Source: Azolla caroliniana (taxonomy: Eukaryota > Plantae > Polypodiophyta). Taken from it: a DNA stretch of 64,000 nt. The stretch covers positions 10,106,001 to 10,170,000 of the forward strand of contig JBHGNT010000022.1 of the NCBI GenBank assembly GCA_043228905.1, read 5' to 3'. The notes under the pieces are model-generated. The model was not told where the DNA came from and made no database searches. It saw only the letters and a program-made list of their open reading frames with translations. Below, piece by piece: positions 13,501-25,622 of the stretch (positions within the stretch are counted from its first letter, which is position 1; each line of letters opens with the position of its first letter). Made by a program: the position numbers and the translations under genes.

Positions 13501-14306
13501 CAATCTCTCATGGAGAATGGTACGTGGAAACTAGTACCACAACCACCGGATCGAAAATTGGTATTGTGCAAATGGCTACTTCGGAAGAAGTTTAATGCTG
13601 ATGGCTCGATCTCACGTTACAAAGCTCGACTTGTGGCGCGAGGATTCTCACAAGTACCCGACATGGACTACAACGAGACCTTCTCTCCCATCCTTCGGAT
13701 GACCTCATTCTGAGCGTTACTCGCCACCGCCACACAACTTCATCTCCTTGTCCATCAAATGGATGTTCGGACAACATTTCTACATGGTAACCTACATCAA
13801 GAGATCTACATGGAGCAACCACGCGATTATATATCTAAAGATTACCCAAACTATGTATGTAAATTAAACAAATCACTATACGGACTAAAAGAATCCCCAC
13901 GTCAATGGTACGAACGATTTAACTCATGTATGTCAAGCCTAGGATATGTTCGTTTTCAATCCGACCCTAATGTATATAGCCGAAATCGCCCCAACGTAAT
14001 ACTCCTCCTAGCCATTTACGTAGATGACATCCTAATCCTATCCAACTCTGAAAACACACTATCCAAAGTAAAGAGTGAGCTCCATGCATCATTCTCGATG
14101 CAAGATATGGGAGCCCTCCATTATTGTCTAGGTATCCATGTTATACAAGATCCCTCCCAAGGCATCATCCAAATAAACCAAAAATCATACATTGAGTCAC
14201 TCCTTAAAAAGTACAACATGTCCAAATGTAAAGGTGTCGCAACTCCCCTACCAATCTCATTTAAAACAAAAACACCAACCTCATCAGTAACTCAAACACT
14301 AGATAT
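10577..14306 (+). pseudogene. pol: Copia B gag-pol, 5' part
   Basis: LRGPNYLTWA, WLLDTGATHHM, LVHSDLCG, PQQNGVSERKNR, RYKARLVARGFSQ, YVDD; several stops and frameshifts. Confidence 0.92.
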
Positions 14307-14558
14307 TGTTAGGATTTCGCTCCCTCCGAATGGGATATGAGTACCCGGCAAGGAAGACCCTGTGAGAACCGGATGATGCAGGCCCGGTGAGAATCTCTCA
14401 CCAGATGAAGGGACATATATGTAAATATGTTCCAAACAACCCACTAGAACATATTAGTATAAATATGACCTAGGGCAAACAGAGCATATACAAGGTTGTT
14501 GTCATTATTTTGTATAGGATTATTGGTGTAACTCCTGTATAGAGCGTAGCAGAAGAGA

Positions 14559-14593
<35 letters not shown>

Positions 14594-17500
14594 GTGAGTC
14601 TTTGTTGTAACCGCCGCTAGGCAAAGATCGTAAGCACGAGGTCGTTGTCTCTGTGTTTACCTGTTGTATTCCTCTCTGATATAGTGATAGTTGGAGTCTG
14701 TGGGCTCCCGTGGTTTTTCCCATTTAGGGTTTTCCACGTAAACATATTGTGTACTCTCTTGCTCTATTGTTTTGTGTGTATACGTGCATTTCTCCCTATT
14801 CCCATTTTTTCTGTGGTTGATTCTAAGACTCGGTTGTGGCCGAGCAATGTTCTGCATATTCCTGTCAAACTGGTATCAGAGCGAAATGACGCAAAAAATG
14901 GAAGATTCATTTGGCGGCATGTTCAAGCTCACCGGCTCCAACTACTCAGTGTGGAAGTCGAAGATGAGGGACATGCTCATGGTTAAAGATCTTTGGTTGC
15001 CGGTTCAGTTCGGGGACAAGAGACCGGACAAGATCGGCGCCACGGTGTGGGAGGTGATGCACATGAAGACGACGGCATACATCCGGTGCTTCATCGACAT
15101 GAGCCTATACAACAACTTCAATGAAGAGAGCAAGTTCATGAGCTCTGGGATAAGATTGGCATTATGTGTCAGAACAAAAATGTTGTTAATCGGGTTTCGG
15201 TATTCCGGAAGCTAGTGTGGCTCCGGCACATGAATGCCTTTCAACGGCTAATTCACCAGGCAACATCGTTGGAAGTACCTCTCGCCAATGAGGTACTAGC
15301 ATTACTCTTGCTCGGTTCCCTCCCGGATAGCTGGGAGACGTTAGTTGTCACTTTGGGCAACTCCGGGACGGAAGGAAAACAACTATCCCTAGCAAGAGTC
15401 AAGTTGAGCTTGCTAGTTGAGGAGGCGCGTCGGAAAGACAAGGATACTAGCTCCGACTCCAACGCGCTCCTTATTGAATCAGAATGCGGAGTCCCCAAAA
15501 CTGGGAAAAGTCGGAGACACGATCAAAGTCAAGGGGAAGGCCCACTTGCTTCTACTGTGGGAAGCCGGGGCACTTCCAGAAGAACTGTTGGCATTTTCAG
15601 AAAGACAAGGAAATCGATAGTACCGATTCGAAGCGGTCACCGGACCCGAACGGTAAAGACCGGAGAGGACCGGACCGGAAGGAAACGATGGCAATTGCGG
15701 CAAGTGAAGAGGAGTAGATGCTCATCACCGAGGAGAGTGAGTTGAACCTTTCCGGGGACGAGACAACATGGGTTGTCGATTCCGAAGTGTTGTTCCACCT
15801 GTCCCCGGACCGGAAATGCTTCTCATCTTACACAGTCGGTGATCACGACTGTGTCCAGATGGGGAATGAAGGTACATGACAAATTATCGACATAGGAGAC
15901 GTGTGGCTGACAACACCAAACGGATGCAAGTTGTTGCTGAAGGATGTTCGACACGTTCCGGAGGTTCGATTGAACCTAATATCAGCCGGTCGGCTAGATG
16001 ATGAAGGCTACACAGGTAGCATCCGGAACGGAGTTATGAAGTTCAGCCCGGGGAGCTTGATAGTGGCTCGGGCCCGGAAGGTCAACACATTGTACTTGAT
16101 GAATGCCCGGTTATGCCTGGAAGAAGTGAACGTTGCATCCGACACTGCCGGTGAGTTGTGGCACAAGAGACTGTGCCACATGAGCGAGAAGGGGATGAGG
16201 AGGCTTGCTGATGATAACCTCATTCCGGTGAAAGACGTGCATCGTGAGAAGTGCACCGACTGCCTGGCCGGTAGGCAAAACCGGACTTCCTTCCGCTCAA
16301 GGCCACCGATGCGACGTAATGCACCACTAGAGCTGGTGCATACTGATGTGTGTCAAGTGGAGACGAAGTCACATGCCGGATCACAGTACTTCGTGATGTT
16401 CATAGATGACCACTACCGGAAGTTGTGGGTCTCCCCGCGGAAGACGAAGGATCAAGTGTTATCCGTCTTCAAGGAGCTCCACGCGAGAGTGGAAAGAGAA
16501 ACCGGTCGGAAGCTGAAGGCGGTTCAAGCAGATAACAGAGGAGAATACTAGGGGCAAGTCAAGGAGTATTGCTGCTCGAAGGGAATCTGGCTCGAATTTA
16601 CCATGCCGAAGACGCCGTAACTAAACGGGCTGGCCAAGAGGATGAACCGGACCATAATGGAGAGGGTTCGGAGTATGCTTGCACATGCTAAGCTACCCAA
16701 GACGTTTTGGGCTATGGCGCTGTCGACAACGATGTATGTGATAAATAGGTCACCCTCAGTACCCTTGGACGGAGACATGCCGCAGAGAGTGTGGACCGGT
16801 AAGGAAGTGTCTACCAGCATTTGAAGGTGTTCGGGTGTCTCACTTACGTGCATGTGGCAAAGAACTGGAGAGCAAAGTTGGATCCAAAGTCCCGACCTTG
16901 CATATTCCTCGGATACGACGATCATGAGTTCGTCTACCGAGTGTGGGATCCGGTCGACAAAAAGGTTTTCCGGAGTTGAGATATTATCTTCATTGAGGAC
17001 AAGACGCTTGCCGACAGGGAGTCGGAGAAGAAGACTGGTAAGGATCGGTTTGATGAGATTCTGACCTACCCGGCTAAGACCTAGTTGACACTCGAAGAAC
17101 CGGCCGGTTACGAAGAGGAAACCGAACCGACCGAAGAAGAAGAAGAAGAAGCAGAAACTGGAACCAATCAAGACCCCGAATCAGATTCGGATGAAGAACA
17201 AATAGAGGAGCCGGTTGCCGAAAGCTAAGGATGTAGATATCGTTTGAGAGAGAGAAGGCCCCCCCGGAGATTTCCGGATGTAGAGTGCGTGTTGCTAACC
17301 GATGAGGGGGAGCCGGAAAGCTTCGAAGAAGCAAAGGAAGACACCCACAACCGCAAGTGGTTGAGTGCCATGCAGGACGAGATGGATTCCCTGCATGAGA
17401 ACCACACGTACGAATTGGTGGAGTTGCCGAGAGGAAAGAGGGCACTCTGAAACAAGTGGGTGTACAAGCTGAAGCCGGGAGATGCCGACAACCCCCCAAG

Positions 17501-18046
17501 ATACAAAGCCAGGCTTGTGGTGAAGGGGTTCCAGCAAAAGAAGGGAGTGAACTTCGACGAGATATTTGCCCCGGTAGTAAAGATGACTTGCATCCGGACA
17601 GTGCTGAGCATAGCGGCAAGCATGGACCTCGAGGTAGAGTAGTGAGACGTGAAGACGATGTTCCTCCATGGCAACCTCGAAGAGGAGATCTACATGCAGC
17701 AACCGGAGGGATTTGTGAAGTGTCGAGTAATACGCGGAATAATCTCCGGTAACAACCGAAGGGAAAATCACTAAGGACTACATGCTCTCTTAAAAAACAA
17801 TGCTCGGCCACAACCGAGTCTAGCATCAAACACAGAAAGAACAGGTAATGTACGCAAGACACAGTAAATAGAAGAGTTCACAAGATGTTTACGTGGAAAA
17901 CCCAAACACGGGAAAAACCACGGTAGTCCACAAACTGCAAAACTATCACTATGTTAGAATATACAGTACATGAACACAGAGGCAACGACCTCTTGTTCAC
18001 TGCCTTCGCCACAGGCGGCGGTTACGATAGAGATACGAACTCTTCA

Positions 18047-18077
<31 letters not shown>

Positions 18078-20515
18078 GTACACGGTTGCGCTCAAGTCTT
18101 GCACCAACAAGAATTGCAACAACTCTCTATATTAAGTTTGCCCTAAGTTAGATTTATACTAATATGATTTTTCGGCTATTTACAAATATAGCCCTGATGG
18201 ACCCTCAGAAACATATTTACGAATATTTCCCTTCATCCGATGAGCACTTCTCACTGAGCCTTCACCATCCGGCTCTTGCCAGGCACTCGTCATCCGGTTC
18301 TCACCGGGTCTTCCTTGCCGGGTACTCGTCATCCGGTTCTCACCAGGTCTTCCATTGCCGGGTACTCCACATCCAGATTCGGCCTCGACCTAGTTTGCTC
18401 ATCAACATTGTTCTTCTCACTTCCCATCCGGAGGGACCTGTTTCCTAACAAACTCCCCCTTCAATCCGGCATGGGATGTCTTACTAGTCCGATCCGTTTC
18501 CGACACTCATCCAGCTTGTCGGGTATCAGTACTTTGGTCAGCATGTCTGACCCTTTCTCGGCCGTGTGGATCTTCGTCAACACGAACTCTTGATCTTCTA
18601 CTCGCTCCTGGATCCAGTGGTACCTACGCTGGATGTGCTTCGTCCTGGAATGGTACGTTACGTTCTTAGCAAGGTGGATGGCACTTTGACTGTTGCAATA
18701 TAGCCGGTATTCATCTTGCCGGATACCGAGCTCTCCGATGAAGTTCTTCATCCATAGTATTTCCTTGCCGGCTACCACAACCGCCATGTACTCCGCCTCC
18801 GTGGTTGACAACGCAACCGTCTTCTGCAGCCTCGACTGCCACGAAACAGCTCCCCCTGCATATGTCATTACATACTCGGATGTAGACCGGCTGGTATCCA
18901 CATCAGCCGACATGTCCGAATCGGTAAAACCGTCAAGTTGAGGTTTATCGGAGCCAAATCGGAGACACATATTCGAAGTGCCCTTCAAGTACCAAAGTAT
19001 CCATTTGACCGTGTTCTAGTGCTCCTTGCCGGGATTTCTCACAAACCGGCTCACCACTTCGACTGCATATCCAATGTTCGGCCGAGTACACACCATTGCA
19101 TACATCAAGTTCCCGACGGCAGAGGCATATGGAACCTTCACCATATCCGCCTTCTCTGCTTTCCTCTTCGGGCTTTGTTTACCGGATAGTCTGCAATTTG
19201 CCGGGAGTGTCGATCCGACCGGTTTTGCTTCTAACATGTTGAACCGTTGAAACACCTTTGTCACGTATTTCTCTTGTGACAACCACAATTGCTTGTTTGA
19301 TTGGTCCTGGATGATGTGCATCCCCAATATCTATCTTGTCGGGCCTAAGTCTTTCATTGAGAAAGTTCGGTTGAGAGCCTTCTTCAACATCCGTATTTTT
19401 GCTTGGTCCCGTCCGACGATCAACATGTCGTCCACGTACAGAAGGAGTATCAGGAATTCCTCTCCTTTGAACTTCTTCACAAACACACAGTGATTGGCAT
19501 GCGTCTTGTGGTACCCTTGATCGGTCATGAAAGAGTCAAACTTCCGGTACCATTGTCGGGGAGCCTGCTTCAGTCTGTACAGGCTCTTCTTCAACCGGCA
19601 AACCAAGTGTTCCTTCCCTTTCTCCACGAATCCTTCCGGTTGCTGCATGTAGATCTCCTCTTTGAGGTCGCCGTGAAGGAATGTCGTCTTCACGTCCAGC
19701 TATTCTACCTCGAGGTCCATGCTTGCCGCTATACTCAGCAACGTCCGGATGGAGGTCATCTTTACTACTGGGGCAAATATCTCGTCGAAGTCCACGCCCT
19801 TCTTTTGTTGGAACCCCTTCACCACGATCCTGGCTTTGTATTTTGGGGGGTTGCCGGCATCTCCCAGTTTCAACTTGTACACCCACTTGTTTGGGAGTGC
19901 CCGCTTTCCTTTCGGCAACTCCACCAATTGGTACGTTGTTGTGAAGATCCGTCACTACGCGCGGATCGTGAGGCGGAACCGCCGGGGTTCTGGACCGGAA
20001 GGATTCAAAGTCGGTACAAGTTTTGGCGCAAGCTTTAGCGAGAAAGTACTTAAGATAGATTGGGAAAGAGAGAAGTTGCGATTACACGATTGAGAGAGAT
20101 TGATTGAACTTTTAACTTTAGATTTAAGAAATAAGTTACATGATCAATTTGATAACGAATTTCCTCTTCTTAATTTTCATAAAAAAAACCGTGTTTTTTC
20201 TCCGCCCCCTTCCTTCTTTTATAGATGCTCTCATGCATATGATGCATGTGAGGGTACAAGACATGCATAAATTGCATGTTTGCCATTTGGCGCTTATGTA
20301 TTACATGTGGTGCATGATAACCATGTCACTCATTTTAGCTCTCATGTATGAGAATTTACATCTAAAAGTACAATGATAGAAATATAATTTCAACTAAATA
20401 ACATGCTTAATGGTAAGCCAATTGACTCCTAACTTGGAGGTGCTGTTGGGATTTCGGTCCCTCCGGATGGGATGTCCGGAGATGAATGACGGCAAGCCCG
20501 GTTGCGGTTACGGAA

Positions 20516-20690
20516 CCGGATGATGAGGAATACCCGGTATGAAGCCGGATGAAGAGTACCCGGATATGGATCCGGATGATGAAGTACCCGGATACGGATC
20601 CGGATGATGAAGACCCCGGCTACGGAGCCGGATGCTGAAGACCCCGACTACGGAGCCGGATGACGAATGTACCCGGAGAGAGATCCGGAC
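20516..20690 (+). repeat. U3 tandem repeat array of Copia I, ~21-27 bp CCGGATGA-containing units (second copy ~31111-31285)
   Basis: Repeated CCGGATGATGAAG..CCCGG..ACGGA units. Confidence 0.85.
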
Positions 20691-20859
20691 GCGGTGACAT
20701 ATTTGTGAATATGTTTTGCCAAGAGCCCTTGAGGCTATATTTGTAAATAGCCCGAAAGTCATATGTGTATAAATATGACTTAGGGCAAACAGTTAGTGGT
20801 TGTTGTTCATTTTTCTGTGTATCGCCACTCTTATGTGTGAAAGAGAGTGAAGAGAGCAG

Positions 20860-20900
<41 letters not shown>

Positions 20901-21197
20901 GAAGAGGCCGTTGCCTCTGTGTTTTACCGCCGCCTGTGGCGAAGACAACGAGCTCGAGGTCGTTGCCTTGTAGCTTCACCATTGTACATCTCTGTTTATA
21001 GTGATCGTTGGAGTTTGAGGACTCCCGTGGTTTTTCCCCATTTAGGGTTTTCCACGTAAAACATCCAGTGTACCTTTCTCTCTATTGTCCCCGTGCACTT
21101 CGTATTTCCTGTTTTCTGTGAGTTGATCCTATTCCTCGGTTGTGGCCGAGCACTGTTTTTCAACAAAGTGGTATCAGAGCGACGGTAACACAGAAAA

Positions 21198-24100
21198 TGG
21201 AAGGCGGCGGTAGTGGGCCTCCGGGCATGATGGTGTTGAACTCACAGAACTACGCCGACTGGAAGATAAAGATGGAAGACCTTCTCATCGTCCGAGACCT
21301 GTATGAACCGATTGACAATGCCGAGATACCCAAGGGGGCAATAGAGTCGGAGTGGAAGCTCCTGAACCGGAAAGCCGTAGCGACGATCCGGCAATATGTC
21401 GATGTAAGTGTTCTGCAACATGTGGCGAACGATACGAACGCCTATGAGATGTGGAAGAAGCTGTCGGGCCTCTACGAGAGGAAGAATGCGTTGAACCGGA
21501 CCTCCCTGGTGAGGAAGATAGTGAACCTCAAGTACCGGGACGGCGAGAATATGGTGGAACACGTGAGCACGTTCATGGGATTCGTGAACCAACTTGCGGC
21601 GATCAAGTTCCCGTTGGAGGATGCAATGCAAGCCATCATTCTGATGTGTACGTTGCCGGAAAGCTGGGAGAACTTGGTGGTGACTCTCAGCACCTCCTGC
21701 ACCGAAGATAACTTGTCTCTACAAACGGTAAAGACAAGCATTTTGAACGAAGAAGCGCGTCGGAGAGATAAAGAACCGGCCTCCGATTCGAAGGCGTTGC
21801 TTACCGAATCGGAACGGGGAAGACAATGGAACCGGAGTCCGCAAAGACGGGAGAAGTCGGGGACCCGATCGCAGTCAAGAGGAAGACCCACATGCTTCCA
21901 CTGTGGGAAGCCAGGGCACTTCCGGAAGAATTGTCGGCATTACCGAAAGGACAACGGAGCCAACGACACCGATTCGAAGAAGTCACCGGAGAGAAACGGT
22001 GCATACCGGGGAGCCACGGACCGGAGAGGTCCGGATCGGCGAGGGCAGGACCGGAAAGGAACGACGGCACTCGCGGCAAGTGAAGAAGAGATAATGCTCA
22101 TTACCGAAGAGAGGGAGCTGAACCTTGCCGGTGAAGAGATGACCTGGGTGGTCGATTCCGGAGCGTCGTTCCACCTGACCCCGGAGAAGAAATACTTCTC
22201 ATCCTACACAGCCGGTGAGCACGGCTGTGTCCGGATGGGAAATGAAGGCACATGCCGGATTGCCGGCATAGGAGACGTGTGGCTGATGACATCAACCGGA
22301 TGCAAGATGCTGCTGAAGGATGTGCGACACGTTCCGGAGGTCCGATTGAACCTGATCTCGGCCGGGAGGCTAGATGATGAAGGCTACACGGGTAGCATCC
22401 GGAACGGTGTCATGAAGTTCAGCAAGGGGAGCCTGATAGTGGCTCGGGCCCGGAAGGTCAACACACTGTACCTGATGAATTCCCGGCTATGTCCGGAGGA
22501 GCTGAACGTGGCAGCCGACACTGCCGGTGAGCTGTGGAACAAGAGACTGTGCCACATGAGTGAGAAGGGGATGAAGAGGCTTGCAGAGGACAGCCTTATT
22601 CCAGTGAAGCATGTGCACCTGGAGAAGTGCACCGATTGCCTGGCCGGTAAGCAGAACTGAACCTCCTTCCACTCAAGGCCACCGACGAGACGTAGCGCAC
22701 CATTGGAGTTGGTGCACACGGATGTGTGTCAGGTAGAAACGAAGTCACATGGCGGAGCCCAGTACTTCGTGACTTTCATTGATGATCACAGCCGGAAGCT
22801 GTGGACGGCGCCGTTGAAGACAAAGGACCAAGTGTTGTCCGTCTTCAAAGAACTCCACGCGAGAGTGGAAAGGGAATCCGGCAAGAAGCTGAAAGCGATA
22901 CGAGCGGATAACGGAGGGGAATACCGGGGGCAGTTCCAGGAGTACTGTCGCTCGAAGGGAATCCGGCTCGAGTTTACTGTGCCGAAGACGCCTGAACTAA
23001 ACGGGCTGGCCGAGAGGATGAACCGGACCATAATGGAGAGGGTCCGGAGTATGCTGGCACATGCGAAATTGCCCAAGGGGTTTTGGGCTGAGGCAATGTC
23101 GACGGCGACATACGTGATAAACAGATCACCCTCAGTACCTTTGGACAGGGACACGCCGCAGAAAGTGTGGACCGGTAAGGAAGTGTCCTACCGGCATCTG
23201 AAGGTGTTCGGGTGTCTCGCATACGTGCATGTGGCAAAGGACCGGAGAGGAAAGCTAGATCCAAAGACCCGGCCATGCATATTCCTCGGTTACGGCGACG
23301 ACGAGTTCGGCTACCGAGTATGGGACCCGGTCGACAAGAAGATATTCAGGAGTCGAGACATCATCTTCATGGAGGACAAGACACTCGCCGACTGGGAGTC
23401 GGAGAAGAAGATGAAGAGCTCCAAGTCGACCGGTGAGGATCAACTCTACGAGGAGCAGTCCCGACCGGCAAGGGACCGGTTAACACTCGAGGATCCGGCC
23501 GAAGACTATGAAGAAACAGAACCGGCCGAAGAAGATGAAAATGATACCGGAACCGGCCCCGATCCCGAAATGGATTTGGATGAAGAAGAATCGGAAGAAC
23601 CGGTTGCTGAAGCTCCGGAACGGAGATATCCTCTAAGAGAGAGAAGGGCCCCCCGGAGATTTCCGGAACCAGAGCACGTGCTGCTAACCGACGAAGGGGA
23701 GCCGGAGAGCTTTGAAGAAGCAAAGCTTGACACCCATAGCCGCAGGTGGTTAAATGCCATGCAGGAGGAGATGGATTCCCTGCATGAGAACCACACATAT
23801 GAACTTGTGGAGTTGCCGAAAGGAAAGCGGGCACTTCGAAACAAGTGGGTGTTCAGGCTGAAACCGGGAGATGCCGGAAACCCCCCGAGATACAAAGCCA
23901 GGATCGTGGTGAAGGGGTTCCAGCAGAAGAAGGGCGTCGACTTCGACGAGATATTTGCCCCGGTAGTGAAGATGACCTCCATCCGGACGGTGCTGAGCAT
24001 AGCGGCAAGCATGGACCTCGAGGTAGAACAGATGGACGTGAAGACGGCATTCCTTCACGGTGACCTCGAAGAAGAGATCTATATGCAGCAACCGGAAGGA

Positions 24101-25074
24101 TTCGAGAAGAAAGGGAAGGAGCACCTGGTATGCCGGCTGAAGAAGAGCCTTTACGGACTGAAGCAGGCTCCCCGGCAATGGTACCGGAAGTTCGACTCCT
24201 TCATGACCGACGAAGGGTACCTCAAAACGCAGTCCGATCACTGCGTGTTTGTGAAGAAGTTCGAAGGAGGAGACTCTCTAATACTCCTCCTGTACGTGGA
24301 CGACATGTTGATCGTCGGACGGGACCAGGTCAAGATACGGATGCTGAAGAAGGCTCTTCACCGAACCTTCTCAATGAAGGACCTGGGTCCGGCGAGGCAA
24401 ATACTAGGGATGCACATCATCCGGGACTGGAAGAAGAAGCAGTTGTGGCTGTCACAGGAGAAGTACGTGACAAAGGTGCTTCACCGGTTCAACATGTCGG
24501 AAGCAAGACCGGTCGGATCATCTCTCCCGGCAAACTGCAAGTTGTCCAGCAAGCAAAGCCCCAAGACAAAGGCTGAGAAGGAGGACATGATGAAAGTACC
24601 ATATGCCTCTGCCGTCGGAAGCTTGATGTACGCAATGGTGTGTACAAGACCGGACATAGGATATGCAGTCGGAGTGGTGAGCCGGTACATGAGCAATCCC
24701 GGCAAAGAGCACTGGAACGCGGTCAAATGGATACTCCGATACTTAAAGGGCACTTCGAACATGTGTCTCCGATTCGGCTCCGGTAAGCCCGAACTCGATG
24801 GATTTACCGATTCGGACATGTCGGCTGATGCGGATACCAGCCGGTCTACATCAGGGTATGTAATGACATATGCAGGGGGAGCTGTTTCGTGGCAGTCGAG
24901 GTTGCAGAAGACGGTTGCGTTGTCAACCACGGAGGCGGAGTACATGGCGGCTGTTGAAGCCGGCAAGGAAATAATTTGGATGAAGGACTTCATTAGAGAG
25001 CTCGGTATCCGGCAGGAGGAGTACCGGCTCTACTGCGACAGTCAGAGTGCCATCCACCTTGCGAAGAATGCGGC
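21198..25074 (+). pseudogene. pol: Copia I gag-pol polyprotein; one stop at 22658-22660; RNase H split by H and finishing at 30833-31028
   Basis: Single frame; CFHCGKPGHFRKNC, WVVDSGAS, LVHTDVC, KARIVVKGFQQKKGVDFDEIFAPVVKMTSIR (Tnt1-like), YVDD, FTDSD. Confidence 0.96.
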
Positions 25075-25085
25075 TGTCATAACTA

Positions 25086-25138
25086 GACTCGAACCCATAA
25101 CCTTTTGTTACACGGGTCGAGACTTTACCATTAGGTTA
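25086..25138 (-). promoter_or_regulatory. tRNA-like A-box/B-box module in the H LTR (second copy ~30380-30432)
   Basis: Minus strand TAACCTAATGG-N32-GGTTCGAGTC with AGGTT at the variable-loop position. Confidence 0.7.
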
Positions 25139-25364
25139 TGAGTTGTAATTTGAAGGATATTATTTTCATTTAGGTTTTATTAGGAAATTGATGTATATTC
25201 CAGATTTCTCTGGAACATTCTAGAAACTTCAGGAGTATTCCTGAAGACACTATAAAAGGAGGCGCAAGGCATTAGTTCGAACCAAATCGGTTCAACGCCA
25301 GTCTTAAGCCTTCTAACTACTGTTGTATATCTTCCGTCATATAATACATATATCTTTCGCATCA

Positions 25365-25400
<36 letters not shown>

Positions 25401-25535
25401 ACTCATTCCTTCTCTCAAAGTTCGACACCTCTCATAGTACTAATCCTTCTCTGTCTTAGTACTATTCCCCAACAATAGTACTAATCCTTCTTTTAGTACT
25501 AATTCCTTCTCTGCCTTAATAGAGTTCCTGACAGT

Positions 25536-25547
25536 TTGAACCGATTT
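25536..25547 (+). promoter_or_regulatory. Self-priming PBS of H
   Basis: TTGAACCGATTT is the exact complement of LTR 25284-25295, which starts 33 nt after the TATA at 25251. Confidence 0.88.
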
Positions 25548-25622
25548 TTCCCTACTAGTCTCCCTCTTCCTTCTGTCTCTCTCCTTTCCTACTAGTCTCT
25601 TATTTCCCTTTTCCTTCATCCC

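Noticed and set aside
20516-20690. CRISPR-like array
   Set aside because: Degenerate tandem units without unique spacers, inside a Copia LTR, with no cas genes
22658-22660. Programmed stop-codon readthrough in I (and at 42779 in G)
   Set aside because: Relatives have sense codons there (CGG in C and D; CAA in H), so these are ordinary nonsense mutations
25075-25141. C-terminus VITRLEPITF... of the 812-aa Copia ORF
   Set aside because: Read-through into the inserted H LTR; the true end is at 30833-31028
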